Shown: piece by piece, positions 25,494-36,191 of the stretch
Numbering within the stretch: the stretch's first letter is position 1
Layout: each line of letters opens with the position of its first letter
Virus record (IMG/VR): IMGVR_UViG_3300033069_001022
Location: 26,960 to 90,959 of that record
Origin: a virus
Taxonomy: Duplodnaviria; Heunggongvirae; Uroviricota; Caudoviricetes
DNA: 64,000 nucleotides
Direction: 5' to 3' (one strand)
Made by a program: the position numbers and the translations under genes
Notes under the pieces: generated by a model
Databases searched by the model: none
What the model saw: the letters and a program-made list of their open reading frames with translations, nothing else
Told to the model about the DNA's origin: nothing

Positions 25494-25776
25494 GGACACA
25501 CTTATAAAACAAGTATCTGAAAACCTTGGAATTAGTGAAGATATTATTTTTAAAGTGGTAGCTTTCCAAGGAGAAGATGCTTTGAAAGCTGTTAAAATTC
25601 ATAATGAGATAGAGTTTTCTGGTTTTGGAAAGTTTTACTTATCTCAAAGAAAGTTAAAAAACTATATAACAGGTATTTCTAAAGGTGTAGAAAAACTAAG
25701 AAACCAACCTGATAAAGAGGAAAAGGTTAATCAACTGGATACATTATTAGAGAATTTAAATAAAAAGGTAAGATGA
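25486..25776 (+). CDS. hypothetical protein (96 aa)
   Basis: ORF track. Confidence 0.45.
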   Translation: MDKDTLIKQVSENLGISEDIIFKVVAFQGEDALKAVKIHNEIEFSGFGKFYLSQRKLKNYITGISKGVEKLRNQPDKEEKVNQLDTLLENLNKKVR

Positions 25777-26135
25777 GTTTATTTACAGAATACTTTGAAA
25801 TGGCTAAGCAAGGGTTAAAAAACCCTTCTGCTGTTCTGGAAGGAATAATGAATGAGTTAAACCATGAGAATTTAGCAGAAGATGTTAAAGAAGTTATTCT
25901 ACAAAGAAGAGTAATTTGTGCTGCCTGTCCATTTATGTCAAAGAATGCCGAAGCTATATCTGGACATAAATATTCAAGAATAGAAGATTTTTGTACATTA
26001 TGTTCATGCCCTATAAAAACAAAAACAGCATCTCTATCTAGCTCCTGCGGAGCAGATATATATAACAGATCTCACCCTGATAATAAACAAGAAGTTAAAT
26101 GGATAAGCTATGATAAAGAAAGTAAGCCTACTTGA
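25773..26135 (+). CDS. hypothetical Cys-rich protein (120 aa)
   Basis: CAACPF...CTLCSCP motifs. Confidence 0.45.
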   Translation: MSLFTEYFEMAKQGLKNPSAVLEGIMNELNHENLAEDVKEVILQRRVICAACPFMSKNAEAISGHKYSRIEDFCTLCSCPIKTKTASLSSSCGADIYNRSHPDNKQEVKWISYDKESKPT

Positions 26136-26282
26136 ACTAAAGAAATCTCTTGACACAATAAAAACAGAATTTGTGAATGTTGAGATTGATGAGAAGAATA
26201 ATAAGATAAAGTTCTTACCTATAAAAGAAGAAGAAATAGTTGATTTTGATAATGAATTTAATATAAACGAAATAGTAGTATA

Positions 26283-26465
26283 ATGGGAAAAATAGATGCA
26301 ATTGTAGATTTTGAGGTAGCTGAAATGATACGGTTTTATGGAAGTATAGTAGGAACAGAAGGGGTTTCTGATAAAGTGAAGAAAACCTGTAATGATAATA
26401 TTGAAGCTTTACTAAAAGTAGTACAGCCCAAAGTCACACAAATAACAAGTGGTATTATAGTATGA
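26283..26465 (+). CDS. hypothetical protein (60 aa)
   Basis: ORF track. Confidence 0.35.
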   Translation: MGKIDAIVDFEVAEMIRFYGSIVGTEGVSDKVKKTCNDNIEALLKVVQPKVTQITSGIIV

Positions 26466-26737
26466 GAACAGATTTCAAAAAAGTTCTAACTCTTTTAGAA
26501 CAACTACATAAAGAATATCCTGGCTATTCTATAGCTAAACATATTTCAACGGCTACCATAGATTATGGAGATATATGGACTTTAACAGATAAAGAACTTG
26601 TTATTTTGTTAAAATCTTATAAGTCTATACTTCCACCAGAGCCTAAAGAAGCTTTTGACAAATTTGTTAATGAGATAGAAGAAGATGGTAAACATGTATT
26701 TGAGGATGATTATCTAAATGAAGAGGAGGAAGATTAA
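26462..26737 (+). CDS. hypothetical protein (91 aa)
   Basis: ORF track. Confidence 0.4.
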   Translation: MRTDFKKVLTLLEQLHKEYPGYSIAKHISTATIDYGDIWTLTDKELVILLKSYKSILPPEPKEAFDKFVNEIEEDGKHVFEDDYLNEEEED

Positions 26738-27057
26738 TGGCAGCTAAAAAGAGTGTATTTACTGAGGCAGAGTTGGAATGGGCTGAAACTCAATTACTTA
26801 GCTGGAAAGCTTATGTAGATAATAATCCTCTCCATGAGTTAAAGGATAGAATAGAGTGGAAACCAACTGCTAAAGGTGGTTTATTACCAATGGTAATAGC
26901 TTCTATAGAATCCCAGGGAAAATTTATTCAGGAAACTATGAAGAATTACCTTGCTCTATTAAAAGAAGTAGAGATAATGAGAGAAAAAGAAGAGGCTAAA
27001 AAAATTGCATCAAGAGGCGATAAAGATGTTACTCCTTTTGAAGAGGGACTTATATAA
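26737..27057 (+). CDS. hypothetical protein; positional candidate for the terminase small subunit
   Basis: Directly upstream of the terminase large subunit with a coupled start. No motif support. Confidence 0.35.
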   Translation: MAAKKSVFTEAELEWAETQLLSWKAYVDNNPLHELKDRIEWKPTAKGGLLPMVIASIESQGKFIQETMKNYLALLKEVEIMREKEEAKKIASRGDKDVTPFEEGLI

Positions 27058-29133
27058 ATGCAAACAACTACAAATATCTGGTTTAAAGATCAGGTAGAAC
27101 CTATTTTAACTGAAGACCCAGAAGATAAACAACTTTACATTGATTATTGGAGGAGAGAGAAGGATAGATGTATGAATGGGTTTTATCTAGCTGACGGAGC
27201 TGTACATGTTCCTGGTAGACTGTATTTTCATACGGTCTATTGGAAAATTGCAATGTATGTAGAACTTCCTAATAAGAAGAAAGTAAGGAAAATAGAAACT
27301 CCTTTATTAAGGGATATAGACTGGGACATATTTAATGACTTGGAAAGGTGTAATGAGGAAGGTAAATTCTATCCATTAGTTGGTAGTAGGGACTTTGGTA
27401 AATCAGTTATTGCTGGATCTTGTGCTGGACATCAATACACATTCTACAGTAATAGTGAGTGTGTAATATCTGGTGGAGCAGCTAACTATATAAAACTAGC
27501 CACTGACAAGATAGAGGATGGGTTACTTAATATACATTCAATTTTTAAAAAGCAAAGACTTGTATCAGATTGGAAGAAGGAGATTAAGGCTGGGTGGAAA
27601 GATAAATCTTCTAACCTTCCTAATCCAAAATCCTCTAATTCAAAAATACTTGTTAGGAATTATCAGGCTGGCACTGATACTATGGCTGCTAATGGTACTA
27701 GACCTTCTTTTCACCTTATTGATGAGATTGGTACTTTACCTAATCTTATTGGTTGTATAAAAGATAGTGATGGTTGCTGGTGGTCCGGAGGAGGTAATAA
27801 ACCATCTTGTCTGGTAATGTTATGTGGAACAGGTGGTGATATGGAAGTTGGTGCTGAAGCAGCAGAAGTTTTCTACCATCCATACTCTTATAACATGCTA
27901 GAGTTTGAAAATGAATGGGAAGGTGGTGGAAAGATAGGAAGATTCATAGCTGCTACTAGGGCCAAGATGGCTTATAAAGAACCAAAGACATTGGCAGAAT
28001 ATCTTGGTATAGACCATCCTGATTTAAAGGCTATAACCATACTTGTTTCAAATGAAGAAAGGGCTTTAAGAGAGTGGTGGGAACCAGAGTATGATAAAGC
28101 TGTTAAGTCTGGTAACTCAAAGACAATACTGAAATTTAAAGCCTATTGGCCTCTTAAGCCTTCAGATAGTTTTCTAGTTTTAACACATAATGATTTTAAT
28201 GTTGAGGCTGCTAAAGCTCAACAGACCAGGTTAAGGGATTTGGGAGTAACAGGAACTCCAGTGAAAATCTTTCATGATGGTGAAAAATTAGTTCATGAAT
28301 TTTCCGATAAACCATTTATTACAGAGTTCCCAGTAAAGACTCAGGATACAGATGCTCCAATACAGATATGGGAGTTCCCCGTGGAACATCCACCATTTGG
28401 ATTGTATGTAGCTGGGGTAGACCCATACAGACAAGGGGAAGCAGAGTACTCAGATTCACTCGGAGTGGTTTATATTTACAAAAGAATGCATGGTATATCC
28501 TCTGAGAAATATCAGAATATGTTTGTAGCTTGCTATGCTGCAAGACCACAAAGTAAGGAAAAATGGAATGAAAATGCCAGAAACCTTATTAAATATTACA
28601 ATGCAAGAACCTTATGTGAGAATGATGAAATGTCCTTTATAGATTTCATGCTTGCTAAGAATGACGGGCATTATTTAGAGGACCAACCAGAATGGCTTAA
28701 AGAGTATGTTCCTAATACAACTGTAAAAAGAAAGAAAGGAATACATAGGTCTGCTACAGCAATCAGGAATTTCCTGGATGGCACATTTAAATCTTATCTT
28801 GATGAGGTTATTGATATAGAGAAAGATGAGAATGGTAGTATTATAAAGGAAACAACAGGTGTTTCCAGAGTACCTGACCCAATGCTTTTGGAAGAGATTA
28901 CCAAATTTTCCAAAGACCCTAAACATAAAGTAAATACAGATAGGGTAATTGCTGCTGAACTAGCAGTTGCTTTGGCTTATAAACTAGACCCTATTATAGG
29001 AGCAGTAGGAAATGATACTACTGATCCAAGGATGAAATCTTATTATTCAAAAAATCCAATTAAAGGAAACTCAAAGATCTTTACTGGTAGAACAAATTTT
29101 GCTGGAAAAAAACAATCAAAAATATTCGGATGA
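27058..29133 (+). CDS. terL: terminase large subunit (ATPase + nuclease)
   Basis: Walker A-like VGSRDFGKSVIAG, Walker B FHLIDEIGTL, nuclease-region acidic motif YVAGVDPYRQGE. At 691 aa, and followed by the putative portal gene. Confidence 0.7.
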   Translation: MQTTTNIWFKDQVEPILTEDPEDKQLYIDYWRREKDRCMNGFYLADGAVHVPGRLYFHTVYWKIAMYVELPNKKKVRKIETPLLRDIDWDIFNDLERCNEEGKFYPLVGSRDFGKSVIAGSCAGHQYTFYSNSECVISGGAANYIKLATDKIEDGLLNIHSIFKKQRLVSDWKKEIKAGWKDKSSNLPNPKSSNSKILVRNYQAGTDTMAANGTRPSFHLIDEIGTLPNLIGCIKDSDGCWWSGGGNKPSCLVMLCGTGGDMEVGAEAAEVFYHPYSYNMLEFENEWEGGGKIGRFIAATRAKMAYKEPKTLAEYLGIDHPDLKAITILVSNEERALREWWEPEYDKAVKSGNSKTILKFKAYWPLKPSDSFLVLTHNDFNVEAAKAQQTRLRDLGVTGTPVKIFHDGEKLVHEFSDKPFITEFPVKTQDTDAPIQIWEFPVEHPPFGLYVAGVDPYRQGEAEYSDSLGVVYIYKRMHGISSEKYQNMFVACYAARPQSKEKWNENARNLIKYYNARTLCENDEMSFIDFMLAKNDGHYLEDQPEWLKEYVPNTTVKRKKGIHRSATAIRNFLDGTFKSYLDEVIDIEKDENGSIIKETTGVSRVPDPMLLEEITKFSKDPKHKVNTDRVIAAELAVALAYKLDPIIGAVGNDTTDPRMKSYYSKNPIKGNSKIFTGRTNFAGKKQSKIFG

Positions 29134-31730
29134 TTATTACAAGAGTATCAAAAGAAGAAAATGTTAGGTTCGCCTATTTAAATATATTTCCTGATCAATT
29201 CAAAACTGATAAGGAGAAAGAAGATCCATCCTGGATAAAAAACACTATGGATTATTTTGCTAATGTTGCTTATGCCCAATATAAAAAACATAGGAGAACA
29301 TTTGTAAAAAATTATGACCTGATGAAGGGAATAATTGATTATACTGATTTTTATCAGGAACAACCAGAAGTTCAGTCTTTTACAGAGGTTCTAATGGCTA
29401 ATACAGAACTTCCTAAATATGTAAAGCATTATCCAATACTCAATCCACCTGTTAATACAATGATAGGGGAACTATCTAAAAGACCTGATTTACACAAAGT
29501 CAGAGCTTTTGATGATGATTCCAAGGATGAAGAGTTACAATTCAAAACAGGGATTATGCAACAACTTATTATCCAAGAGGGTAAGAAGTTATTAATCAAT
29601 GAATTAGCTATGAAAGGGGAGGATGTTAGTAATATTCCCCAGGAACAATTTGAACAATTATCAATAGAGAAAGTTCAGGAGTATATGAATACCTTTACTA
29701 CCGAGGGAGAAAAGTGGGGTAATCATGTACTAACTGCTTTGAAAGTACAATTTAACTGTAAAGAAAAAGGGGAAGATGCCTTTAGAGATTTGCTAATATC
29801 CTCCAGGGAATATCTACATATATTTGAAGACAACTCGAAAACTGGGTTTAATGTTGAAGTAGTTAATCCTAAAAACTATTGGCAATTAGGTACACCTGAT
29901 GCTAAGTATACTTCAGGTATATCTGGTGAGCAAAATGTCCCTTATGCTAATGGATTAGTAAATGTAATGGAAATCTCAGAGATAATTGAGAAATTTCCAA
30001 AACTTTCTCTCGAAGAAATAGAGCATCTAAGAAAAGCCCATCAGGATTATGGTCTTATAAATGTAAGAGAATCCAATCTTTACTCTGGTAAAGTAGGCAC
30101 AGATAGTATTATATATGATACTTATAATAGACTTGTTCTTCAGGAAAGGATGATGATTGAGTCTGAGATGAAGGAAAATAATGATGAACTAAGGGATTGG
30201 CTGGGTTTAACAAATACAACTGCTTCTTTTGGTTATAAATACACAGTTGTTCAGTCTTACCATTTGTCAAAGAAGAAAACAGGGTTACTAACTTATCTGG
30301 ATGAAGAAGGAATTCCTCAACAGATATTAGTGGATGAGAATTATAAAGAAGGAAGTCCAAATGAAATAGACATTCAATGGGGATGGATAAACCAATGGTA
30401 TAAAGGAACAAAGATTGGCCCAGACATTTTCTTCATGGAGCCATTTAAACTTTTAGATTATTCTCCCATTATAGGGGTAACACATGAGTTAAAAAATACA
30501 ACCGCTAAATCACTGGTTGACCTTATGAAACCTTTCCAGGTATTGTATAATATCTGTATGAACCAGTTGTATGAACTGCTGGAGAAAGAAAAAGGTGTTG
30601 TACAAGCTATGTCTATCAGGCATATACCTACACCTAAAGATGGGGATGGGCAGGATGCTTTAGAGATATGGGAAGAGGCAGCAAAGAAAAGAGGTGTTAT
30701 ATTTGTGGATGATTCTCCCGAAAATACTAAAGGAGGTACTGCTTTTGGAAGTCAATATGGAAGATTGGATTTAACCAGAACTGGTGAGATAGAATCCAGA
30801 TATAGATTGGCTGCACAACTAAAGAGTGAATGTTGGGAATTAATAGGTATGAACAGGCAAAGGCTTGGTGGAGCTTTAGCAACTGAAACTGCTACTGCTA
30901 ACCAGAATGCTCTTGTACAATCCTTTGCACAAACTGAGCCATATTTTGCAGCACATAATTATGTAATGGACCAATTTTACCAGGCTTTACTGGATGCTGC
31001 CCAATACATAGAAAGTAATAAAGAAGAAAGTACAATATCTTATATAACTAATCTTGGAGAACAGGCTTTTATTAAGGTTCTTGGTAAAGACTTAAAGCTC
31101 AAAGATTTAAAGATATTCGCAACTTCTAGGTCTGAAGACCAACAATTATTGAATGAATTCAGGCAGTTATCTCAAGCTATGATGCAGAATGGTGCTTCTA
31201 TATATGATGTTAGTGTATTATACAGTACTAACTCACTTAGACAAATGCAGAAAATATTTAAAGATTTGCGTGACAAGCAGGAAGAGATGAAGAAACAGGA
31301 GATGCAGATTGAACAGTCTAAAATTCAGTTTGAGAATCAAAGAGTTGCTGCTACTTTGGAACAGGAAGAAGCACACTTCCAGCAGGATATGGAAATGAGG
31401 AAATATGAAGCAGATTTAAAAGCTAACACCTCTATTACAGAAGCGCAGATAAAGACCTATTTCCAAGCTCCTACAACTGATACTGATGCAGATGGTACTC
31501 CAGATATTATGGAAATAGCTAATCTAGCTACAAAGAATCAGGAAATATTAACAAAGAGGGATATAGAAAATAAGAAGGTTTCTCTTGAAATGCAGAAAAT
31601 GTTGAATGAGAATAAACAAAAAGCAGAAGATAGGAAGGTAGAAAGAGAGAATATGAAAAATGACTTAGCTATCTCAAACAATCAATTAAAGGCTGCCAAA
31701 TCAAAGAAACCTGTTGCTAAAAAGAAATAA
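29130..31730 (+). CDS. putative portal protein with a long C-terminal coiled-coil/helical extension (866 aa)
   Basis: Position right after the terminase large subunit. The C-terminal 200 aa is highly charged alpha-helical (QEEMKKQEMQIEQSKIQFENQR...), reminiscent of P22-type portal barrels. No motif confirmation. Confidence 0.45.
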   Translation: MIITRVSKEENVRFAYLNIFPDQFKTDKEKEDPSWIKNTMDYFANVAYAQYKKHRRTFVKNYDLMKGIIDYTDFYQEQPEVQSFTEVLMANTELPKYVKHYPILNPPVNTMIGELSKRPDLHKVRAFDDDSKDEELQFKTGIMQQLIIQEGKKLLINELAMKGEDVSNIPQEQFEQLSIEKVQEYMNTFTTEGEKWGNHVLTALKVQFNCKEKGEDAFRDLLISSREYLHIFEDNSKTGFNVEVVNPKNYWQLGTPDAKYTSGISGEQNVPYANGLVNVMEISEIIEKFPKLSLEEIEHLRKAHQDYGLINVRESNLYSGKVGTDSIIYDTYNRLVLQERMMIESEMKENNDELRDWLGLTNTTASFGYKYTVVQSYHLSKKKTGLLTYLDEEGIPQQILVDENYKEGSPNEIDIQWGWINQWYKGTKIGPDIFFMEPFKLLDYSPIIGVTHELKNTTAKSLVDLMKPFQVLYNICMNQLYELLEKEKGVVQAMSIRHIPTPKDGDGQDALEIWEEAAKKRGVIFVDDSPENTKGGTAFGSQYGRLDLTRTGEIESRYRLAAQLKSECWELIGMNRQRLGGALATETATANQNALVQSFAQTEPYFAAHNYVMDQFYQALLDAAQYIESNKEESTISYITNLGEQAFIKVLGKDLKLKDLKIFATSRSEDQQLLNEFRQLSQAMMQNGASIYDVSVLYSTNSLRQMQKIFKDLRDKQEEMKKQEMQIEQSKIQFENQRVAATLEQEEAHFQQDMEMRKYEADLKANTSITEAQIKTYFQAPTTDTDADGTPDIMEIANLATKNQEILTKRDIENKKVSLEMQKMLNENKQKAEDRKVERENMKNDLAISNNQLKAAKSKKPVAKKK

Positions 31731-31733
31731 TTT

Positions 31734-32273
31734 ATGGGAATTTCTGAATTTGGACAATGGCTTGCCAGTACAATAGATAGGTTTGCAGATTATATAAAAC
31801 CTTGGGTTGTAGTTAATGGTTATGAAGAGGCAGTTATTTTGAGATGGGGGAAGTACCATAGAACTCTAAAACCTGGTACTTATCCCAAATTCCCTATAGC
31901 AGATTATGCCTTGACAGAGCATGTCAAACCAGATACAATGGAAATACCACCAATAACAATAACCACAGCAGACGGGAAACCTGTATCTATAGGTATGATT
32001 ATACATTATGATATTACTAATGTAGAAAAGTTTCTTATAGAAAATAATGATAGTCGGTCCAATATGTTGCAACTTGGCTCAGCAGAATTGTCAGATCATT
32101 TAGAAGATATTCCCTGGATAGATATAAAAAAGAAGACGACTAAAAATGCTGTACAAAGGAAAATTGCACCTTACTTTGACGCTATGGGTGTTAGAATTTT
32201 AGACCTCAAATTTAAAGATAAAGTTGAGGTTAGACCTTATAAATTGTTCACTGACAAAGAAAAAATAATTTAA
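31734..32273 (+). CDS. SPFH/band-7 (stomatin/prohibitin-like) domain protein
   Basis: VVVNGYEEAVILRWGKYHRTLKPGTYPKFPIADYALTEHVKPDTMEIPPITITTADGKPVSIGMIIHYDITNVEKF fits the SPFH core. Confidence 0.5.
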   Translation: MGISEFGQWLASTIDRFADYIKPWVVVNGYEEAVILRWGKYHRTLKPGTYPKFPIADYALTEHVKPDTMEIPPITITTADGKPVSIGMIIHYDITNVEKFLIENNDSRSNMLQLGSAELSDHLEDIPWIDIKKKTTKNAVQRKIAPYFDAMGVRILDLKFKDKVEVRPYKLFTDKEKII

Positions 32274-32315
32274 TGCTATATAAGTGGAAAAACTTTTTAA
32301 ATATATAAAAGTGTC

Positions 32316-33560
32316 TTGGTTTTTCCAAATATAGGTTTTACTTTTACACCAGATTTAATAAAAAAACTACATATGGCTGACGAAACTATACCAGTTCCAT
32401 CCTTTGATTTAGGAGTGGAATCTTCTGGCTCTTATGGTAATTTAGATGCTGCTGAAGCATTTCTATCAGGGGCTGACCCAAAGGAAATTGAAAAGATTGA
32501 GGAAGAGGAAGAGGTCATTCCTAAAAAAGAAGCAAAGAAAGAGCTTCCCAAGAAAGAGGTTAAAAAAGAAGAGGATGAAGTTAATAAGGAAGAACTTATT
32601 AATTCTTTACTATCTTCTGAAGAAAAAGACGAGGAGAACAAGGAAGAAGAAGAGGTTAGTGAAAAGGACTCCGAAAAAGGAGAACTTAATCATTTTGAAG
32701 TCTTCTCTGAAGAGCTTTATAAACTCGGTTCTTTTACTGTTGACGAAGGAGAAGAACCTATTATAGCTAAAACCCCCGAAGAATTTCTTGAACTGTTTAA
32801 TGCACAAAAACAAAAAGGTGCTACAGAATGGTTAGACAATTTTCTATCTAAACATGGTGATGACAGGAGAGAATTGTTTGATGCTATTTTCATAAATGGT
32901 GCAAATCCAAATGAGTATTTACCTGTATATAACGAAGTTGAGAATTTTGAAAATCTGGATTTAGATACAGAGGATAATCAAGAGTCAGTCATTAGGTCCT
33001 ATTATACAAAAATGGGATGGGATAAAGAAGAAGTAGATTTAAAAGTAGAAAAACTAAAACAATACGCTGATTTAGAAGATGAAGCTAAAAGAGTACATCC
33101 TAAATTAGTTTTACAAGAAAAGAAAAAGCTTGAGCAATTAAATGAAGATGCTAAAAATAAGCAACTTGCAGCAGCTCAAGCAGATCAAGAGTATAAACAA
33201 CACGTATCTGCATTACTACAAGAAAAGTTAAAAACTAAAGATTTTGATGGTATTCCATTAGATATTAAAAAAGCAGAGAAAGCCTTTGATTTTTTATATA
33301 CTAAGAAATGGAAATTACCTTCGGGAGAACTTTTAACAGATTGGGATAAATTTGTTTTGGAAACTAAAAATCCAGAAAATATATCCAAAAGAGTTAAAAT
33401 GGCTCTTTTAGCAATAAATGATTTTGATTTTACAAATATAAAGAAAACAGCCATATCAGGAAAGTCCTCTGAGTTATTTTCTAAACTAGTTGTAAAAGAT
33501 GCTAAACAATCCAATACTAAAAAACAAGTAGATAATTCTACTTGGGCTAATATAAAATAA
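32316..33560 (+). CDS. acidic Glu/Lys-rich protein; putative scaffolding protein
   Basis: EEEEVIPKKEAKKELPKKEVKKEEDEVNKEEL... low complexity. Located between the portal and capsid genes. Confidence 0.45.
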   Translation: MVFPNIGFTFTPDLIKKLHMADETIPVPSFDLGVESSGSYGNLDAAEAFLSGADPKEIEKIEEEEEVIPKKEAKKELPKKEVKKEEDEVNKEELINSLLSSEEKDEENKEEEEVSEKDSEKGELNHFEVFSEELYKLGSFTVDEGEEPIIAKTPEEFLELFNAQKQKGATEWLDNFLSKHGDDRRELFDAIFINGANPNEYLPVYNEVENFENLDLDTEDNQESVIRSYYTKMGWDKEEVDLKVEKLKQYADLEDEAKRVHPKLVLQEKKKLEQLNEDAKNKQLAAAQADQEYKQHVSALLQEKLKTKDFDGIPLDIKKAEKAFDFLYTKKWKLPSGELLTDWDKFVLETKNPENISKRVKMALLAINDFDFTNIKKTAISGKSSELFSKLVVKDAKQSNTKKQVDNSTWANIK

Positions 33561-33575
33561 AAAAACGAAAATAAA

Positions 33576-35126
33576 ATGGGATTACAAACAATACCTGGAC
33601 TTACCGGATTAACCTATGGAAGAGTATCATCTATGGATGGTAGAGCTATTGGTAAATTAACTGATTCAAACCACTTAGAGTCTTTCCATGATCTGGCTCC
33701 TTCAGATTATGACAAGAAAATTATATCTATCTATACTCAGAGTACTTTGTATAGTAATGATTTTCTTGATATGATTAATAAAAGTACTCCTTACTACCTT
33801 GATGGTTTAAGTGATACTTGGAAATGGCAGGTAGAAATGCCTTTCAGATTTCCTAAAATCATTGATGTACCAGATAGTACTCTAAATCAGTCAACTATTG
33901 GTATTGATGGTAAAACATTTGAAATAGTTCTTGATACTATTGTATCTAAGAATATGATTATATCAGTTGGTCATAAGATGTATGGTCAAAACTTTTACAT
34001 CGCTTCTGACCCTACACAATATGGTAGGGGATGGTTACACCAGTGTACTTTAGTATCTGCTAATCCACAAGTGGATTATGTTAATCGTACTCTTTTACAA
34101 CCTGGTATTGATGTAGATCCAATTGACGTTTCTATTGGAGAATTTGACCAGGATTTGGGTGGTCTTCAAAAATTGGCTGATAAAATCACCATGTTTGAAA
34201 CATTGGGTGCAGGTTATGGTTTTGAGCATAAAATCACTGCTTGGGCAGATGATAAAATGTTAAAAGACGAGAATGGTAAACCAAAAGATATTATGGTTTA
34301 CATGCAGAATAGAAGGGGTGAAACAGCTACTACTCGTAATGACATTAAATGGGAACCATTTATTGAGTTTATGATGAGGAAGCAAATGCTGGAAACCAAA
34401 GTTAAGCGTATGATCTGGTCTAAACCAGGTATAGTTAGGACTCATGGTGCAAAGCAAGAACTTAAAAAAGTATCCGCAGGTGTGTATTACAGAATGCGTA
34501 ATTCTGGTAACTATGTACCTTATAATAGGGGAGAACTCTCTGCGAATTTAATTCGTAACGTATTTGGTGATTTGTTTTATCGTAGGGTTGATGTAAAAGA
34601 CCGTAGGGTTAAGATGTACACCAATGAAGCAGGTTTTGACGCATTCCAACAAGCAATTAAAGAAGACGCTTTCAATAGTGGATTAACATTTAATGTTGGT
34701 GATAATGATAAATTTGTTAATGGTAATGGCCAACACCTTCAGCTTAACTTCGCATTTGATTCTTTTGTAACAAGGGAAACTGGTAAAGTGGAACTTGTTC
34801 ACCTGAAAGAATTGGATTTACCTCAAACAAATTTGGAATTTGGACAGAATAAAAAATCAACCCCTATATTTATGGTGTTTGATGTTTCTCCAACTTCAGA
34901 TGGTTCACTGGTAAACAATATCAGAGAAGTTCGTAGGTCTGGTACTCCTAACATGCAGTGGGGTTATATTGATGGTCGTAGGAGTCACTTAGGAGCTTTT
35001 AAATCTCAAGGTTTTAATGCAGCTAATAAATTTCCTGGATACGAAATCTGGATGGAAGACCGTTCAGATGTATTCATCGAAGATCTTAGTCGTTGTGTTC
35101 TTATAGAGGAACTACCTCAGTTTTAA
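33576..35126 (+). CDS. putative major capsid protein (516 aa)
   Basis: Size and position after the scaffold-like gene. Strong double hairpin terminator downstream. Confidence 0.5.
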   Translation: MGLQTIPGLTGLTYGRVSSMDGRAIGKLTDSNHLESFHDLAPSDYDKKIISIYTQSTLYSNDFLDMINKSTPYYLDGLSDTWKWQVEMPFRFPKIIDVPDSTLNQSTIGIDGKTFEIVLDTIVSKNMIISVGHKMYGQNFYIASDPTQYGRGWLHQCTLVSANPQVDYVNRTLLQPGIDVDPIDVSIGEFDQDLGGLQKLADKITMFETLGAGYGFEHKITAWADDKMLKDENGKPKDIMVYMQNRRGETATTRNDIKWEPFIEFMMRKQMLETKVKRMIWSKPGIVRTHGAKQELKKVSAGVYYRMRNSGNYVPYNRGELSANLIRNVFGDLFYRRVDVKDRRVKMYTNEAGFDAFQQAIKEDAFNSGLTFNVGDNDKFVNGNGQHLQLNFAFDSFVTRETGKVELVHLKELDLPQTNLEFGQNKKSTPIFMVFDVSPTSDGSLVNNIREVRRSGTPNMQWGYIDGRRSHLGAFKSQGFNAANKFPGYEIWMEDRSDVFIEDLSRCVLIEELPQF

Positions 35127-35131
35127 TTTCC

Positions 35132-35192
35132 GAAGAGGGTTTGCTTTATATCCTTCCTTTGCAAACCCTCTTCAAATTCTTTAAAGGAAGGA
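35132..35192 (+). terminator. nested inverted repeats after the capsid gene (GAAGAGGGTTTGC...GCAAACCCTCTTC and TCCTTCCTTT...AAAGGAAGGA)
   Basis: Seen directly. Confidence 0.55.
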
Positions 35193-35210
35193 TAAAAAAA
35201 TAACTACATC

Positions 35211-36191
35211 ATGGGCAAGGCAGGTAAAATAGCACCTATTAAGAAATCTTATAGTAGCACACTTAATACAATAGATCAACAACTTGATAAACATGGGTTT
35301 ACAAGGTTTCCAGGAACAAGTGAAATGTTTTTACCTTATAAAGAAATATCAGGTAAATATAGAACAGGATTAGATCCTTATGCTCCGTATTTAGATAGAA
35401 TGTCTTTAGAAGATAAAGAAGCTGAAGTAAAAAGAATCACAGAAGATAAAAAGAGGTTAGAAAAAAATCTTGGAGTCCCTGGTATACTGGAGCCAACATC
35501 TCTATTTTGGAATTTTTCATCTGCAAAAGAACAACTTATAGCTAAGTTTGGTGCTGAACTAAGGGTTTCACCTATAAAAATAGGAAACGATGAGGAGTAT
35601 TTTGATACTTCAGATCCAATGAAAGAAATTGCTTGGAACTGGATTAAAGTTCATCCAAGAATTGCACCCTCTTTAGATGCTTGGAAAAGAGGAGAAGTAC
35701 CTGCCGAGGTTAAATATTATATAGTAGACGATGAGGCTGAACAAAGAGATACTTATAGTAGGAAGAAAGAAATTAATAAAGCTATTGTAGCTTTTGAAAA
35801 TCTCTCACCAACTAAGAAGAAACAAATTGCTCGGTTAATGGGATTACCTGTTACTGAAAGTACTAAAGAAGAAATGGTATACAATCTAATTGATACCCAA
35901 CTTAAAGAAACAGAATTCCGTGAAGGTAAAAATAAAGGTCTAGCACCTGTTAAACTTTTTAATGAGTTAATAAACACAACTGATGAAAGGATTAAGGTTA
36001 AGGATTTAGTTGAACAAGCCTTTACTCATTCTATTTATAGACCTGGACAAGGTGGTAAAGTATTGGAAGGCGGTGTAACTATAGCTACTTCAAGAGAAGA
36101 GCTGGTAGAAGAGCTGCTGGATGAGAAAAACCAGCTTGATTTAATTGCCCTTGAGAAAAAATTAACAAGTAAAAAACTAGAGAAACAGTGA
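35211..36191 (+). CDS. hypothetical virion-module protein (326 aa)
   Basis: ORF track. Confidence 0.5.
   Translation: MGKAGKIAPIKKSYSSTLNTIDQQLDKHGFTRFPGTSEMFLPYKEISGKYRTGLDPYAPYLDRMSLEDKEAEVKRITEDKKRLEKNLGVPGILEPTSLFWNFSSAKEQLIAKFGAELRVSPIKIGNDEEYFDTSDPMKEIAWNWIKVHPRIAPSLDAWKRGEVPAEVKYYIVDDEAEQRDTYSRKKEINKAIVAFENLSPTKKKQIARLMGLPVTESTKEEMVYNLIDTQLKETEFREGKNKGLAPVKLFNELINTTDERIKVKDLVEQAFTHSIYRPGQGGKVLEGGVTIATSREELVEELLDEKNQLDLIALEKKLTSKKLEKQ

Noticed and set aside
27518-27760. 80-aa plus-strand ORF inside the terminase large subunit gene, and similar internal ORFs in the portal, capsid and 1543/1180-aa genes
   Set aside because: They are alternate-frame or antisense ORFs wholly inside long, motif-supported genes.
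32432-33514. Several overlapping ORFs (Lys/Arg-rich plus-strand 32446..32766, Ser-rich minus-strand ones) inside the acidic scaffold-like gene
   Set aside because: They are low-complexity GAA/AAG repeat artefacts of the Glu/Lys-rich coding frame.
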